A stretch of DNA of 61,497 nt from a virus (lineage: Duplodnaviria > Caudoviricetes). The position numbers and the translations under genes were made by a program. The stretch lies in IMG/VR virus record IMGVR_UViG_3300008258_000001, positions 1 to 61,497 of that record; one strand, 5' to 3'. The first letter of the stretch is position 1; every line of letters begins with the position of its first letter. Below the pieces are notes generated by a model that was not told the origin of the DNA, searched no databases, and saw only the letters and a program-made list of their open reading frames with translations. Below, in pieces: positions 9,062 through 18,801 of this stretch.

Positions 9062-9778
9062 TTATGTTCGGGTTATGAATCTTATAAAGAGCCACCCGTA
9101 ATCGAGGCCGCCGAGGCGCGGGTTTCGAGGGTTCTCGTGGTGGTGGCCGTGCATCCACTCCCCCGCAGCAGGTAGAAGCCATTCAAGCCACGGTAGGTCT
9201 CGGGCGACCCCACCCCGGTGCGTTGTCACTTGGTGAACGGCCCCCACAAGATGTGTGGTGCCCAATGGTGCTAAATATCCGTACACCAGAAGCTCGACCC
9301 CTCCAAGCGTAAACAACAGCGCAGCCCACCCCAAGATTAACAACAATCCGTACCTATGAGTCACAGCTACCGCCGGGTCTTTAACCAGATGCCGCACTCT
9401 CCAGCCTACCATGGGCACATCCCTGTACCGCTTGTAGATCAGATAGGACAGATCGACACGGTGAGGATCGCCGTCGGTGTCCGCGTGGACATGATGGGTG
9501 GTATGGGCAGCAGCCCACCCTAAAGCGCTGCCCTGCACAGTCAACGTAGAATAAAAAGCAAGCACCCAATGCCAGAACTGTGAGGTTTCAAAAGACCCGT
9601 GTGTAAAGTACCTGTGCAGGCCCACAGAAACTGCCAAGCTGCCGCACACATGCCCCGCAATCCACACCGCGACCCACCAAGGCGCAATTCCCTGAATAAG
9701 CCACGCAAACCCGATAGCGCAAGAAATCACTCCTGCAATATGGGCTACGGGGATCATCCACATTTGCTGCTTAAACAT
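9062..9778 (-). CDS. Membrane fatty-acid desaturase (delta-9/OLE1-like), putative auxiliary metabolic gene
   Basis: Three His boxes GLHRYFTH, WAAAHTTHH, GEWMHGHHH; DTDGDPH motif; TM segments. Confidence 0.9.
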   Translation of the reverse strand: MFKQQMWMIPVAHIAGVISCAIGFAWLIQGIAPWWVAVWIAGHVCGSLAVSVGLHRYFTHGSFETSQFWHWVLAFYSTLTVQGSALGWAAAHTTHHVHADTDGDPHRVDLSYLIYKRYRDVPMVGWRVRHLVKDPAVAVTHRYGLLLILGWAALLFTLGGVELLVYGYLAPLGTTHLVGAVHQVTTHRGGVARDLPWLEWLLPAAGEWMHGHHHENPRNPRLGGLDYGWLFIRFITRT

Positions 9779-10226
9779 TATTAAATACCAATCCGTAGGT
9801 TTGTTCAGTGGCTTGAAAACCCGACTGTACGTTCACTGCTTTTATGTACGGATAACAGATCAATACTTTAGTGCCGCCTGTAAAACTATCCCCCGGATTA
9901 AGTCTAAGTGCAGATACATCTGGCAACTTGTTTTTATTAGTACCGGCAGTAATGCAAGCCCAAGTAGTATCCTCAGTAGCAGTCAGGGTGTAGTCCCCGG
10001 CGGAAATGTTTGGTTGTTCCTGTGAAAACCAACCCGGCACACGCGTTGACGTTACCACTCCGTCGCTATCTCTTGTTGCTACAACACGCCCAGATAACCA
10101 AATGCTTATATTGGGATTTTGAGATCTCGGAGTATCTTGAGGAACTTGCCAGCGCCACGTCTGACCCGCTTGCATCCGGCCGAAATACACTACCCAACCA
10201 AAAGCTGATTTAGGCACGAAATTCAT
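9771..10226 (-). CDS. Hypothetical beta-rich (cupin-like?) protein coupled to the desaturase
   Basis: 151 aa ORF overlapping the desaturase start by 8 nt. Confidence 0.65.
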   Translation of the reverse strand: MNFVPKSAFGWVVYFGRMQAGQTWRWQVPQDTPRSQNPNISIWLSGRVVATRDSDGVVTSTRVPGWFSQEQPNISAGDYTLTATEDTTWACITAGTNKNKLPDVSALRLNPGDSFTGGTKVLICYPYIKAVNVQSGFQATEQTYGLVFNNV

Positions 10227-10591
10227 GGGAGATTCACCGGCTCAAGTACGGCAACTGTTGATTGCGTTGCAGCCTGCGCATTAGGTACCAAAAAGCTGTA
10301 GTTGACAGGAGTGGCAGTTCGCTTCAACTTTAATAGGTTTATGTTTTTGGCATGGATTTGAGTTAAACCATCCACAAACGCCTGCCCACCATGATGCTCT
10401 ACTAATTTCGCAACAAGATCTTCTTTAGTATTGCCCAAGGCGGCCGGCAAGGTACTGCTACTATCAAGAATCGCAGACCCCGCACCAATTGATGTTTCAA
10501 CACCTTCAGTGGCAGTGAAAATCCAGTCAATAATTACTACATTACCATTCTGGTCAGCTTTAACAGCAGTTATATCAAATTGGGTGTGCAT
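10223..10591 (-). CDS. Putative tail fibre assembly/associated protein (122 aa)
   Basis: Downstream of the tail fibre; GNVVIIDWIFTATEG motif of small fibre-associated proteins. Confidence 0.55.
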   Translation of the reverse strand: MHTQFDITAVKADQNGNVVIIDWIFTATEGVETSIGAGSAILDSSSTLPAALGNTKEDLVAKLVEHHGGQAFVDGLTQIHAKNINLLKLKRTATPVNYSFLVPNAQAATQSTVAVLEPVNLP

Positions 10592-10605
10592 GTTAATAGT
10601 CCTAT

Positions 10606-11061
10606 TTATGGCTTTTCTGCGCCATACAAGTTGCTGATGCTGATTTGGCCGGAAGTTGGGACACTGCCGTTGATGTTTACGGTCGTAGAACTGGATCTGG
10701 AGACTTCCCCTTGGTATTCTTCTCTTTCAGGGTTTTTTAAATAAAGTGTAACCCGAATAGTACCTCGGGTGTACGTGTAGTCTCCTATGGTTACCGTTAC
10801 CGTTGAGGCCCCTAAGTAGCCGAGATATACTCGTACGTCGGCCCACCAAATAAAAACATAATCATTTAAATTATTCCAAGACCAATAATAATCCGCTCCA
10901 GATATAGCGTAAGACGGCCCTTCGGTTGTAGTAACCGTTTTTGTACTCGGCACCAGCCCGCCGCCACGGTAATACTCGCTCAGGCTGTGCGGTGCTGTAC
11001 CACCCATTACACCGGCAATGTCGTTGATGCTCAGGGCACCTGATGACGGGAGAACTGCCAT
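10606..11061 (-). CDS. Tail fibre tip adhesin/associated protein (151 aa)
   Basis: MAVLPSSGALSINDI...SLSEYYRGG and C-terminal VPTSGQISISNLYG, typical of fibre-distal proteins. Confidence 0.7.
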   Translation of the reverse strand: MAVLPSSGALSINDIAGVMGGTAPHSLSEYYRGGGLVPSTKTVTTTEGPSYAISGADYYWSWNNLNDYVFIWWADVRVYLGYLGASTVTVTIGDYTYTRGTIRVTLYLKNPEREEYQGEVSRSSSTTVNINGSVPTSGQISISNLYGAEKP

Positions 11062-14000
11062 TTAGCGGGCCTCCAGTTCTTTCACGCGAGCCGAGAGTTC
11101 TTTAATAGCGGCAAACGCTAGTGCGCAGAGTTTTTCGTAATCCACGGCCAAGGTGCCATCTTCGCGTTCACGGACTGCCAACGGGAAGGCTGCTTGGACA
11201 TCCTGCGCCACCACACCAAAGTCAGACTTCTGTACAAAGTAGCCGTCCGCACCGCCCTTAGACTCGATGTATTTGTCCGTCCAGTCAAACAGCTTCCCGC
11301 CAATCGCTTCTACAGCATCAACTGCACGGGGGATATCACGAATGTTTTCTTTGAGCCTACGGTCTGAAGAGTAATAGGCAGTGACGTTGTTGGTTGCGCG
11401 GATCTCTCCAGCAGTCCCAGATGCCGCTGTATCTACGCCTAATGAGTTGACTTGGTAGTTGTTCCCAGTTGCGAGCCCATTGGCGGTAGTCGCCGTTGTC
11501 GCAGTGGCTGCATTACCGCTGATACTCCCCGAACCGGTGATGTATGTGCTCGTGTCCAACGACCACGTGTCTGCGGCGGTCTTTTTAAGAAAACCGGAGG
11601 TTCCGGTCAGACCGGCGATTGCGGTTAGGTCAGCATCAAGCGCTTGTGCATCAGTGATTCCATACCCGGACAGCGTTGTCGGGTTCGTCCCGCCGGTTAC
11701 GCGACCCTTGGCGTCAACCGTCACGCTTTTGTACGTGCCGGCCGTAGCGCCGCTGTTGGCCAGCGTGAGGCTAATTGCCGTAGAGCCTGAGCCGGTGGCG
11801 TCGCCAGAGACCGTGATGCTTTGGTTGCCGGTCAAGTAGCTGTTGGTGTCGAGCGACCAAGTATTTGCTGCGGTCTTCTTCAAGAAACCAGTGGTGCCCG
11901 CCAATCCCGCAATTGCGGTCAGATCGGCGTCGAGCGCTTGTGCATCAGTGATTCCATACCCGGCCAATGTAGTCGGGTTGGTTCCGCCGGTCACGCGCCC
12001 CTTGGCATCGACCGTCACGCTCTTGTACGTGCCGGCCGTAGCGCCACTGTTAGCTAGGGTCAGCGAGATCGAGGTAGCACCCGTGCCGCTCGCGTCGCCG
12101 GTGACCGAGATGCTTTGGTTGCCGGTTATGTACCCACTGGGATTGGCGTTGCTATACGGCGTAAACCCAAGCGCGGTTGTGACTTGGGTCGATGTGAGAG
12201 ACCCGGTGTACGTCGGAAGATCGCCAGACGCGAGGGACGCACCAGAAGTAACTCGGCCTTTAGCGTCGACTGTAACCTTCGGGTAAGTGCCAGCCGTGAC
12301 ACCAGAAGCTGCAAGCGCAACAGAAATGCTTGTGGTTCCAGATCCGGTTGCGTCGCCAGACAGGCTAATGCTTTGGTTGCCTGTGAGGTACGTGCCTGTG
12401 TCCAGCGACCATGTGTCCGCAGCGGTCTTTTTTAGGAAACCGGACGTGCCTGCGAGCGTCGCGATCGCAGTCAAGTCAGCGTCGAGTGGTTGGTATGCAG
12501 TGCTGGCCGTATACGCGGCCGTACCAAGAGTTCCGCCACTACCGATATTCAGCGTAGAGCCGTCAATGCCAGAGAACGTCAGGTTGTTGTTGACCTGAAG
12601 CGTTTTTGCGGTTGTGCCGCCGCCGACGGAGAAACCGGTGGCGTTGGCCGTCAGAGTCAGACCGTTGTAGGTCTTGCCAGTCAGCGAAGTCGGGATATCC
12701 CCGTTGGCGAGTGTGCCCCATGCGGGGGCCGTGGTATTCGTTCCGTCTCCAGTGGACGAAAGGAACTGCTTCGCCGTGGTCGTGTTACCAGCAAGGCGAG
12801 CGTTGGTGTTTGCACCGCTACCGTAGATCAAGTCGCCAAGAGTAGTAACTGGAGATAGCGCATTGAAACCGGCGGCCTTACTGGTAGCACCAGTCCCGCC
12901 GTAAGAAATACCGATCGCACTACCCTGCCATGTGCCGGCGGAGATAGTCCCAACCGTAGCGATCGTAGTGGACCCGACAGAAGGAGCGTACGCAGAAGAA
13001 GCAGTGTAGGCGGCAGACCCGAGGGTGCCGCCCGAGCCGATGTTCAGCGTCGAAGAGTCCGTACCGGACAGCGCCAGCGTGTTGTTGATCGTCAGCGTTT
13101 TGCTGGTTGTGCCGCCGGCAATAGTGAACCCTGTGGCGGCAGCGACCAAAGTCAAACTGTTGTACGTTTTCCCCGTGAGCGCCGTTGGGATGTCGCCGTT
13201 GGCAACGCTGCCCCACGCGGGCGCGGTGGCGTTAGTTCCGTCCCCAGTGGACAAAAGGAACTGCTTCGTCGTGGTCGTATTGCCGGCGAGGCGAGCGTTA
13301 GTGTTGACACCGCTGCCGTAGATCAAATCGCCTGTTGTGGTAACCGGAGACAGTGCGTTAAACGCGGCGGAGGCTGTGACCTGCCCGGTACCGCCTTTTG
13401 CGATCCCGATGGTCGTGGCATTCCACGTGCCGGTGGCAACTGTACCTAGTGTGGTAAGGCTCGTAGATCCAGCCCATGTAGACACGGCCGTGTTCTCGAC
13501 GCTACCGAGCCCGACATCCGACTTGGATACCGCTGACCACGAAGGGGCGGCCCCGTTAGTGCCGTTTCCCGTTTGCGAAAAAAACTGTTTGGTCGTCGTG
13601 GTGTTCGGGGCGAGCAACGTAGTGGTACTGGCACCCGACTGATACGGTACGGACCCAAGAAGGGTAGTGCCGTTGCCGCCAGAAAGGTTCGTAGCGGTCG
13701 TAGCGCTAGTAGCACTAGTTGCAGACCCGGCCGAGCCGTCGATATTTACCCCGTTAAGGGTCAACGACGCTGAACTGCGATTCAAAGCTACAGACGTAGT
13801 TCCAAGGAACATAGTCTGATTGTTAAGCGCCAACGTCCCGGTAGTGGACGGGAAGGTGATTGTGGTCCCGTCGGTACCTGCAAACGTGAGGCTGTTGTTG
13901 AGCGTCAGAGTCTTGGACGTAGTTCCACCGGCTACGGAGAACCCCGTGGCGTTGGACGTAAGCGTCAGACCGTTGTAGCTCTTACCCGTCAGCGCGCCCG

Positions 14001-14877
14001 GGATGTCCGCGTCCACAAGCGTCGATGCAGACCACGTGTCCGCAGCCGTACGGCGAACAAAACCGGTGCCTGTCAGCCCCTCAACACCCGCGAGGTCGTT
14101 GGCAAGACCGATAGTAGGATTGCCAGATACCCCATCACCGTTGGTGACAGTGATACCAGCCACTGGGGCAGTGAGCGATCTGACCGCAGCCGTGCCAGTG
14201 CCAGTACGCGCAACCAAGCCGTTGGCAGAGAGCCCGGCCACTGCCGTAAGATCAGAATCTAGCGGCTGATACCCGGACGACAAGTCAGAAGTAAGAGCGA
14301 TCGTCCCACTAGCATTTGGCGCTGTAAGCGTTCTGGTGTTGCCGGTGGCGATGCCAGACACCTCGAACTTCAACTGCTTCGTTGTATCCGCGTTGTCCTG
14401 AATCGTAGTACCTGAGTCCAGAGACGTCAGGGTAACGCCCGAGATGGTTCCACCGGTAATGTTTACGCTACTGGCGGCCTGCGTAGCCATCGTACCAAGG
14501 CCAAGATTTGTACGAGCAGTAGACGCGTTGGACAAGTCCGAAAGATTGTTGTCCTTCTGCAAAGGCTGCTCGGCGGATGCAGCAGTAAAGCGATTTTCGG
14601 CGTAGCACGTAGTGGTGCCGTTGCGCGCCTTGGCCGTCGTACCATCTTGCGCTCGCTCAATCGTCCAAGCCGTACCAGAAACGGCTGTGACTTTTATAAT
14701 CTCGATGTTTACTTCGACCGCCGGATTCCCGGAAAGCTCGTACAACGTAGCGTAAAAATAGTCGCCGGCAGAAGGTACGGGAAACCCGGTAGAGCTTGCG
14801 ACATTGATGCTAGTTTGCGTGGTGTTGACCGCGCCGGAAACCGTCGTGCTCGCGTTGTTCTTGAACAGCAATGTCAT
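11062..14877 (-). CDS. Long tail fibre with internal repeats and C-terminal peptidase S74 intramolecular chaperone
   Basis: Thr/Gly/Ala-rich; VTVDAKGRVT repeats; SDRRLKENI...GVVAQDV...VDYEKL...AIKELSARVKELEAR. Confidence 0.9.
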   Translation of the reverse strand: MTLLFKNNASTTVSGAVNTTQTSINVASSTGFPVPSAGDYFYATLYELSGNPAVEVNIEIIKVTAVSGTAWTIERAQDGTTAKARNGTTTCYAENRFTAASAEQPLQKDNNLSDLSNASTARTNLGLGTMATQAASSVNITGGTISGVTLTSLDSGTTIQDNADTTKQLKFEVSGIATGNTRTLTAPNASGTIALTSDLSSGYQPLDSDLTAVAGLSANGLVARTGTGTAAVRSLTAPVAGITVTNGDGVSGNPTIGLANDLAGVEGLTGTGFVRRTAADTWSASTLVDADIPGALTGKSYNGLTLTSNATGFSVAGGTTSKTLTLNNSLTFAGTDGTTITFPSTTGTLALNNQTMFLGTTSVALNRSSASLTLNGVNIDGSAGSATSATSATTATNLSGGNGTTLLGSVPYQSGASTTTLLAPNTTTTKQFFSQTGNGTNGAAPSWSAVSKSDVGLGSVENTAVSTWAGSTSLTTLGTVATGTWNATTIGIAKGGTGQVTASAAFNALSPVTTTGDLIYGSGVNTNARLAGNTTTTKQFLLSTGDGTNATAPAWGSVANGDIPTALTGKTYNSLTLVAAATGFTIAGGTTSKTLTINNTLALSGTDSSTLNIGSGGTLGSAAYTASSAYAPSVGSTTIATVGTISAGTWQGSAIGISYGGTGATSKAAGFNALSPVTTLGDLIYGSGANTNARLAGNTTTAKQFLSSTGDGTNTTAPAWGTLANGDIPTSLTGKTYNGLTLTANATGFSVGGGTTAKTLQVNNNLTFSGIDGSTLNIGSGGTLGTAAYTASTAYQPLDADLTAIATLAGTSGFLKKTAADTWSLDTGTYLTGNQSISLSGDATGSGTTSISVALAASGVTAGTYPKVTVDAKGRVTSGASLASGDLPTYTGSLTSTQVTTALGFTPYSNANPSGYITGNQSISVTGDASGTGATSISLTLANSGATAGTYKSVTVDAKGRVTGGTNPTTLAGYGITDAQALDADLTAIAGLAGTTGFLKKTAANTWSLDTNSYLTGNQSITVSGDATGSGSTAISLTLANSGATAGTYKSVTVDAKGRVTGGTNPTTLSGYGITDAQALDADLTAIAGLTGTSGFLKKTAADTWSLDTSTYITGSGSISGNAATATTATTANGLATGNNYQVNSLGVDTAASGTAGEIRATNNVTAYYSSDRRLKENIRDIPRAVDAVEAIGGKLFDWTDKYIESKGGADGYFVQKSDFGVVAQDVQAAFPLAVREREDGTLAVDYEKLCALAFAAIKELSARVKELEAR
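11545..14030 (-). repeat. Internal coding repeats of the tail fibre
   Basis: Three GNQSI..GDA.G..SI..LA.SG.TAGTY..VTVDAKGRVT blocks; three DADLTAIA.L.GT.GFLKKTAA.TWSLDT blocks; two FNALSPVTT.GDLIYGSG blocks; a 30-bp identical stretch at ~11640 and ~11934. Confidence 0.85.
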
Positions 14878-14878
14878 G

Positions 14879-15190
14879 TCAGTAATCCTTCACACGAACA
14901 ACGAACTCAACTTGTTTAATACGCCCGGCGTTGGAAGTCGCCGTAAGAGTAATCTTGTACTTTAACCCGTCGGTACCGCCGGACAGCCACTGCTTGATCG
15001 TGGTGCCGCTGTCAATCACGAAGGTTGGGCCTAGTGTAAGCCCTGTCGGAGTAACGGCAACACTCAAAGGAGATGGTACTGGCGGGTTGCCAGAAGATAC
15101 CAAAGTGTCGCCGTCGGTGAGGAACTCTGAGAAGTCGACATCATAGTCGAGTGACTCCGCAGGTTGCTTGTAGAAAGTGCCGAGAATCAC
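14879..15190 (-). CDS. Putative fibre-tail adaptor (103 aa)
   Basis: FYKQPAESLDYDVDFSEFL...WLSGGTDG..YKIT...GR motif; precedes the fibre gene. Confidence 0.65.
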   Translation of the reverse strand: MILGTFYKQPAESLDYDVDFSEFLTDGDTLVSSGNPPVPSPLSVAVTPTGLTLGPTFVIDSGTTIKQWLSGGTDGLKYKITLTATSNAGRIKQVEFVVRVKDY

Positions 15191-16149
15191 AGAGTTACCT
15201 CCATGCGCCGGTCAGACGCAGGAACAATCATGAGTCGTTCAACCGGTGCGGGAGCCGCAACCGCGTAGTCAGCCGCCGCCGAGAACGCAACAGCTTCGGC
15301 TACTGTCGTAGCCGACATTCTAAATTTGCTTGCAGCCGACGCCGCGTTTTCTGCGAAAGCCAAGCCGAAAGCCACTAACGGCATCCGCCTACGCAAAGCA
15401 ATCTCGGAACAAAACGCGGTGGCGACCTCTGGGTTTGGGTACGCCAGTCTGAGGCGAACAAGAGTCGGAGTTGACGTGACCGCAGCGGCTGTAGTAAGGG
15501 CCGACCGCCGTAGATTAACCCTCGTCGATACGGACGATACGGCAGTAGCTACGGTCTCTGCATGTGGACTAATGCGCGAAGCGACCGACGCCTGCGAAAC
15601 AACCTGAGCAACGGTCGACGCAGATCGCTGCGGCTTGCGACCGGCGAATGCGCTAGTTGTAGCGGAACACACGACACTGGCAGACCGACGCAACCTCGTG
15701 TCTGCCGATACAAACGGCACGGCGGCCCCGGAGGTAACTGCGGTCTTGAACGTCTTAGCGAACGCAACAGCACTGACGACGGCAGAAGCCTGCTGCTGCG
15801 CAGAAAAACGGTACCGAAGCCCAACGCTCACTTCAGGCCATGCCAGAACTTCTTGAGGCACGGCGGTGACACGAATTTTTGATAGCGCAGTTGCCTGCGT
15901 TACTGCGGAACATGCTGTGGTAGCGCCAAGCTGCATCCGCGCTTTGGCAACTATGTTTGGAGTCGACGCTACAGCATTAGTTGCCGCAGAAGCAGTTCTT
16001 AAAATGTACAGCGAACCACCGATGGTGCCGGATATCTCAACTGTGCCGAGCAGTTGAATTACGCTGAGGCCGGTCTCAGTCGCAGGGAACGATAAGTGAT
16101 TTATCGCACCTGAGTTAATAGGCCCATGGTGGGCGCCGTATTGGCTCAT
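15187..16149 (-). CDS. Ala/Ser/Thr-rich virion structural protein (320 aa)
   Basis: Low-complexity repeats; located in the tail cluster. Confidence 0.6.
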   Translation of the reverse strand: MSQYGAHHGPINSGAINHLSFPATETGLSVIQLLGTVEISGTIGGSLYILRTASAATNAVASTPNIVAKARMQLGATTACSAVTQATALSKIRVTAVPQEVLAWPEVSVGLRYRFSAQQQASAVVSAVAFAKTFKTAVTSGAAVPFVSADTRLRRSASVVCSATTSAFAGRKPQRSASTVAQVVSQASVASRISPHAETVATAVSSVSTRVNLRRSALTTAAAVTSTPTLVRLRLAYPNPEVATAFCSEIALRRRMPLVAFGLAFAENAASAASKFRMSATTVAEAVAFSAAADYAVAAPAPVERLMIVPASDRRMEVTL

Positions 16150-16577
16150 TTGATCGTGATAACCAAGCTGCCTTCGGGAACAACAACGCTGTCACCGGTT
16201 CCAATCAAACGAGCGCTGGACAACACCCCGGAGTACAAGATGTTGCCATCCCCCCTTACGGCGCTGTCCCAAATAGCCCAGTTCGTGATCAACTGTGCGG
16301 CAGCACCTGTCGAGGCTGGAAACGTAACGGCGGACCCGTTCGTCACAACAATGTCGACGTTGCCGTCAACCGTCTCGGCGGAAACGTCGGCTGTCAAACT
16401 GTTTAGCGCCCGCCTAGCGTACCCAGCATAATCGGCTTCTGTGCCGTATGTTGCGTCGCTGGGTGCGCCAGAATGAAGGGCCAAGTACAGAGTCGTAGGA
16501 GCAACAAGAGACTCCCGCACGGGGTTCAACGTGCTGTTAAACAGCCCAAGAGCTAGGTACTTGGATAGTCCGGCCAT
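16146..16577 (-). CDS. Virion structural protein (paralog of 16579..17007)
   Basis: YLALHSGAP...GTEADYAGYAR...VTFPASTG...WAIWD. Confidence 0.7.
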   Translation of the reverse strand: MAGLSKYLALGLFNSTLNPVRESLVAPTTLYLALHSGAPSDATYGTEADYAGYARRALNSLTADVSAETVDGNVDIVVTNGSAVTFPASTGAAAQLITNWAIWDSAVRGDGNILYSGVLSSARLIGTGDSVVVPEGSLVITIK

Positions 16578-16578
16578 T

Positions 16579-17007
16579 TTAGGTCAGCGAGATGGACAGT
16601 TGACTAGCGGGAATAACCACAACGTCACCTGATTGAACCGAGCGACTTGAGGACAGCGACCCCGAGTACATCAAATATGCGCCGGTTCCAAGACTCTGGT
16701 CAGACCAGATAGCCCAGTGAGTAACAGTTTGGGTCGTGCCCGTGGACGCAGGAAAGTTGATATCCGCAGTATTGGTCGCCGTGATGGTCTGCTCAGGGGC
16801 AGTACCGGTCGTGGAGGACGTCATCACGGAGGCAATGTTGACCCTAGCATAGCCAGAGTACGTGGCCTCGTTACCGGCCGAATTATCGTCCGGTGCTGCG
16901 GTGTGCAGCGACATCCAAACGCCGGGCTTGGCGGTCAGACTAGTGCGTGAGGACGCCAACGTGGCGTCGAAAATTTGCTGCGCGAGGGCTTTGGAAAAAC
17001 CGGGCAT
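16579..17007 (-). CDS. Virion structural protein (paralog of 16146..16577)
   Basis: WMSLHTAAP...NEATYSGYAR...INFPASTG...THWAIWS. Confidence 0.7.
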   Translation of the reverse strand: MPGFSKALAQQIFDATLASSRTSLTAKPGVWMSLHTAAPDDNSAGNEATYSGYARVNIASVMTSSTTGTAPEQTITATNTADINFPASTGTTQTVTHWAIWSDQSLGTGAYLMYSGSLSSSRSVQSGDVVVIPASQLSISLT

Positions 17008-17015
17008 GATGGCTC

Positions 17016-17657
17016 CTATGGGTGCCGAGGTTGAACTCGCAACGAGGCGACCGTTAGTGCCTTGTTAGCGTCGATTTTAGCCTTCGTTGCCTCGACGCGG
17101 TACATTTTTTCGCGCGCCATAGAAGCATCGGGGCTAGTGAAAGGCTGATTTGGGATTGCGTACACGCGGGAAAGCGCTCCGCTCACCAAACCATCGAAAT
17201 ACCGCTCCATCATCTCTCTGTCTGCACTGTTGGCAGTGCGTTTAGGAGCGATGGCGACGGTAAGAACTAGAGAGGCCGCATCAGTGTCTTTCGGCACTGG
17301 GCTCAGAACTACTTCAGCAGCGTTGTCATGGCTAAACGCCTGCGGCGTCCCGGACATGCTGCTAAGGTTCTTGAACTGAAAACGGTTCTTGGTCGAAAAA
17401 CCCATCGGCCATAGCGGAGAATCGTTATACCACGCCGCCACAACCGAAATCGGCTCGGTGCCGTTAGGCACTTCGACTTGGTACGAAGCCTCGCCCGCTG
17501 CGACATCCATCGGGTCGCTGGTGTACTTCCACCAGTGCGTACGGCGGCAAAAGTCGATACACGTCAGCTTCACCGCGTGCTGCGCCACGTGCTCGGGGCA
17601 GTGCGGCGCGTACATGATGACGTCCCGCACGAGACTGCTGTAGTCCTGCATCGTCAT
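17016..17657 (-). CDS. Putative head-tail adaptor/tail tubular protein
   Basis: APHCPE..AQHAV....IDFCRRTHWW motif; position after the adaptor gene. Confidence 0.65.
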   Translation of the reverse strand: MTMQDYSSLVRDVIMYAPHCPEHVAQHAVKLTCIDFCRRTHWWKYTSDPMDVAAGEASYQVEVPNGTEPISVVAAWYNDSPLWPMGFSTKNRFQFKNLSSMSGTPQAFSHDNAAEVVLSPVPKDTDAASLVLTVAIAPKRTANSADREMMERYFDGLVSGALSRVYAIPNQPFTSPDASMAREKMYRVEATKAKIDANKALTVASLRVQPRHP

Positions 17658-18325
17658 TTGAGCGTACCTTGCACAGCAGGGTTAGCGGGGGAAAGCCCTT
17701 GCGCCGGATTGAGCGCGGCATCTCCAGCGGCTTTGCCAGCCAACGCATCTTTGAACGCCCCGTAGTACGAAGCGGCTTTGCTGCCATCAGCAGACACATA
17801 GTCAGTGTCTTTGCTGTACGCACGGTACATCATGTAGTTGAGAACGGCAGCTTGGTACGCGTCCTCAATCTCAAGAGTCTGGCTTTCGTTGGTGAGAACA
17901 GAAGGGAGCTTGGCGTACACAACAACAACGCTACCAGCCCCGGTATTGGGCGGAAACACGCTGAAACGACGGCTGTCCTCAATGTCGTACACGCAATTTT
18001 TAACCTGCGCAGTGCTGGGTGCGGTGTACCAATCGTAGGGGCCCGCATCCAGAAGCTCACGAGACACCATACGGATCGCAGGACCGTTGGCGTTTCTAGG
18101 TACGTCAATGAGTAGGGATGCCGCCGCAGGAAGTTCTTGCGACGTGCCGGAAACCAAACTGATGGTCTCACGCGTGACGTTGGCCGCAGGGGAAAACGAA
18201 ACGACCTGAGACTGCGCCTCGTTGAGCCAGCCAAGAAGCTCGACCCGAGCCCACGTGACGTTGCTCGTGTCCTCCAGCAAGTACGCGGCGCGGTCGATTA
18301 GTGTCGCGGCGGTGATGGTACCCAT
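17654..18325 (-). CDS. Head-tail adaptor (DUF6682-like)
   Basis: LEDTSNVTWARVELLGWLNEAQ and YMMYRAYSKD motifs. Confidence 0.7.
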   Translation of the reverse strand: MGTITAATLIDRAAYLLEDTSNVTWARVELLGWLNEAQSQVVSFSPAANVTRETISLVSGTSQELPAAASLLIDVPRNANGPAIRMVSRELLDAGPYDWYTAPSTAQVKNCVYDIEDSRRFSVFPPNTGAGSVVVVYAKLPSVLTNESQTLEIEDAYQAAVLNYMMYRAYSKDTDYVSADGSKAASYYGAFKDALAGKAAGDAALNPAQGLSPANPAVQGTLK

Positions 18326-18335
18326 ATCACTCCCA

Positions 18336-18363
18336 TGAAAGCGCCCGGGAGTTACCCGGGCAC
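18336..18363 (-). terminator. Possible weak intrinsic terminator after the capsid-associated gene
   Basis: Minus strand GTGCCCGGG-TAACT-CCCGGGCGC-TTT. Confidence 0.4.
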
Positions 18364-18367
18364 CTCA

Positions 18368-18748
18368 TTACGCGCTAACTAAAGCAACCCAGTTCGTCGG
18401 CGAAACCGCGACAAACATAGCACGCTGACCCGTCGTCATGGCGAGCGCAGCATTGGGGGACAGTGCATTGATGACGCCGCCAGTAGCGGGGTAAACCGCC
18501 GTCGAGTTGGCACCAGCGTTATACACGATCACGGAATCACCGGCGTACACGCCGGCCGGCAGACGAACACCGGTAGAAGCAGTGGCGCTGCTGGTGCCGA
18601 TGACGTTGATTTCGCCGGTAAGCGCGACAGCCAAAGCCTGACTATTGTTGCCAGCGGCTACGGTGATACCCGTAACTACGTTGGCAACAATAGTACCAGC
18701 CCATTCGCCTCGCTGTGAGACATTAACTGAACTAAGCCCGAAAGACAT
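18368..18748 (-). CDS. Putative capsid decoration/minor capsid protein (126 aa)
   Basis: Directly after the major capsid gene, with AGGAG RBS; small-residue beta-rich. Confidence 0.6.
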   Translation of the reverse strand: MSFGLSSVNVSQRGEWAGTIVANVVTGITVAAGNNSQALAVALTGEINVIGTSSATASTGVRLPAGVYAGDSVIVYNAGANSTAVYPATGGVINALSPNAALAMTTGQRAMFVAVSPTNWVALVSA

Positions 18749-18801
18749 AGCGTTCTCCTAGAGTTGCGAGAGCGGGGAGGGTTTTACCCCTCCCCCACCC
18801 A

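Noticed and set aside
10606-14877. Diversity-generating retroelement or invertible tail-fibre system
   Set aside because: No reverse transcriptase, no adenine-specific template/variable repeat pair and no invertase seen; the repeats are ordinary in-frame duplications.
18774-18796. Hairpins after the capsid gene (also 45788-45810, 46348-46367, 42549-42579) as terminators
   Set aside because: GC stems lack U-tracts; they may be stability or processing hairpins, but evidence is insufficient.
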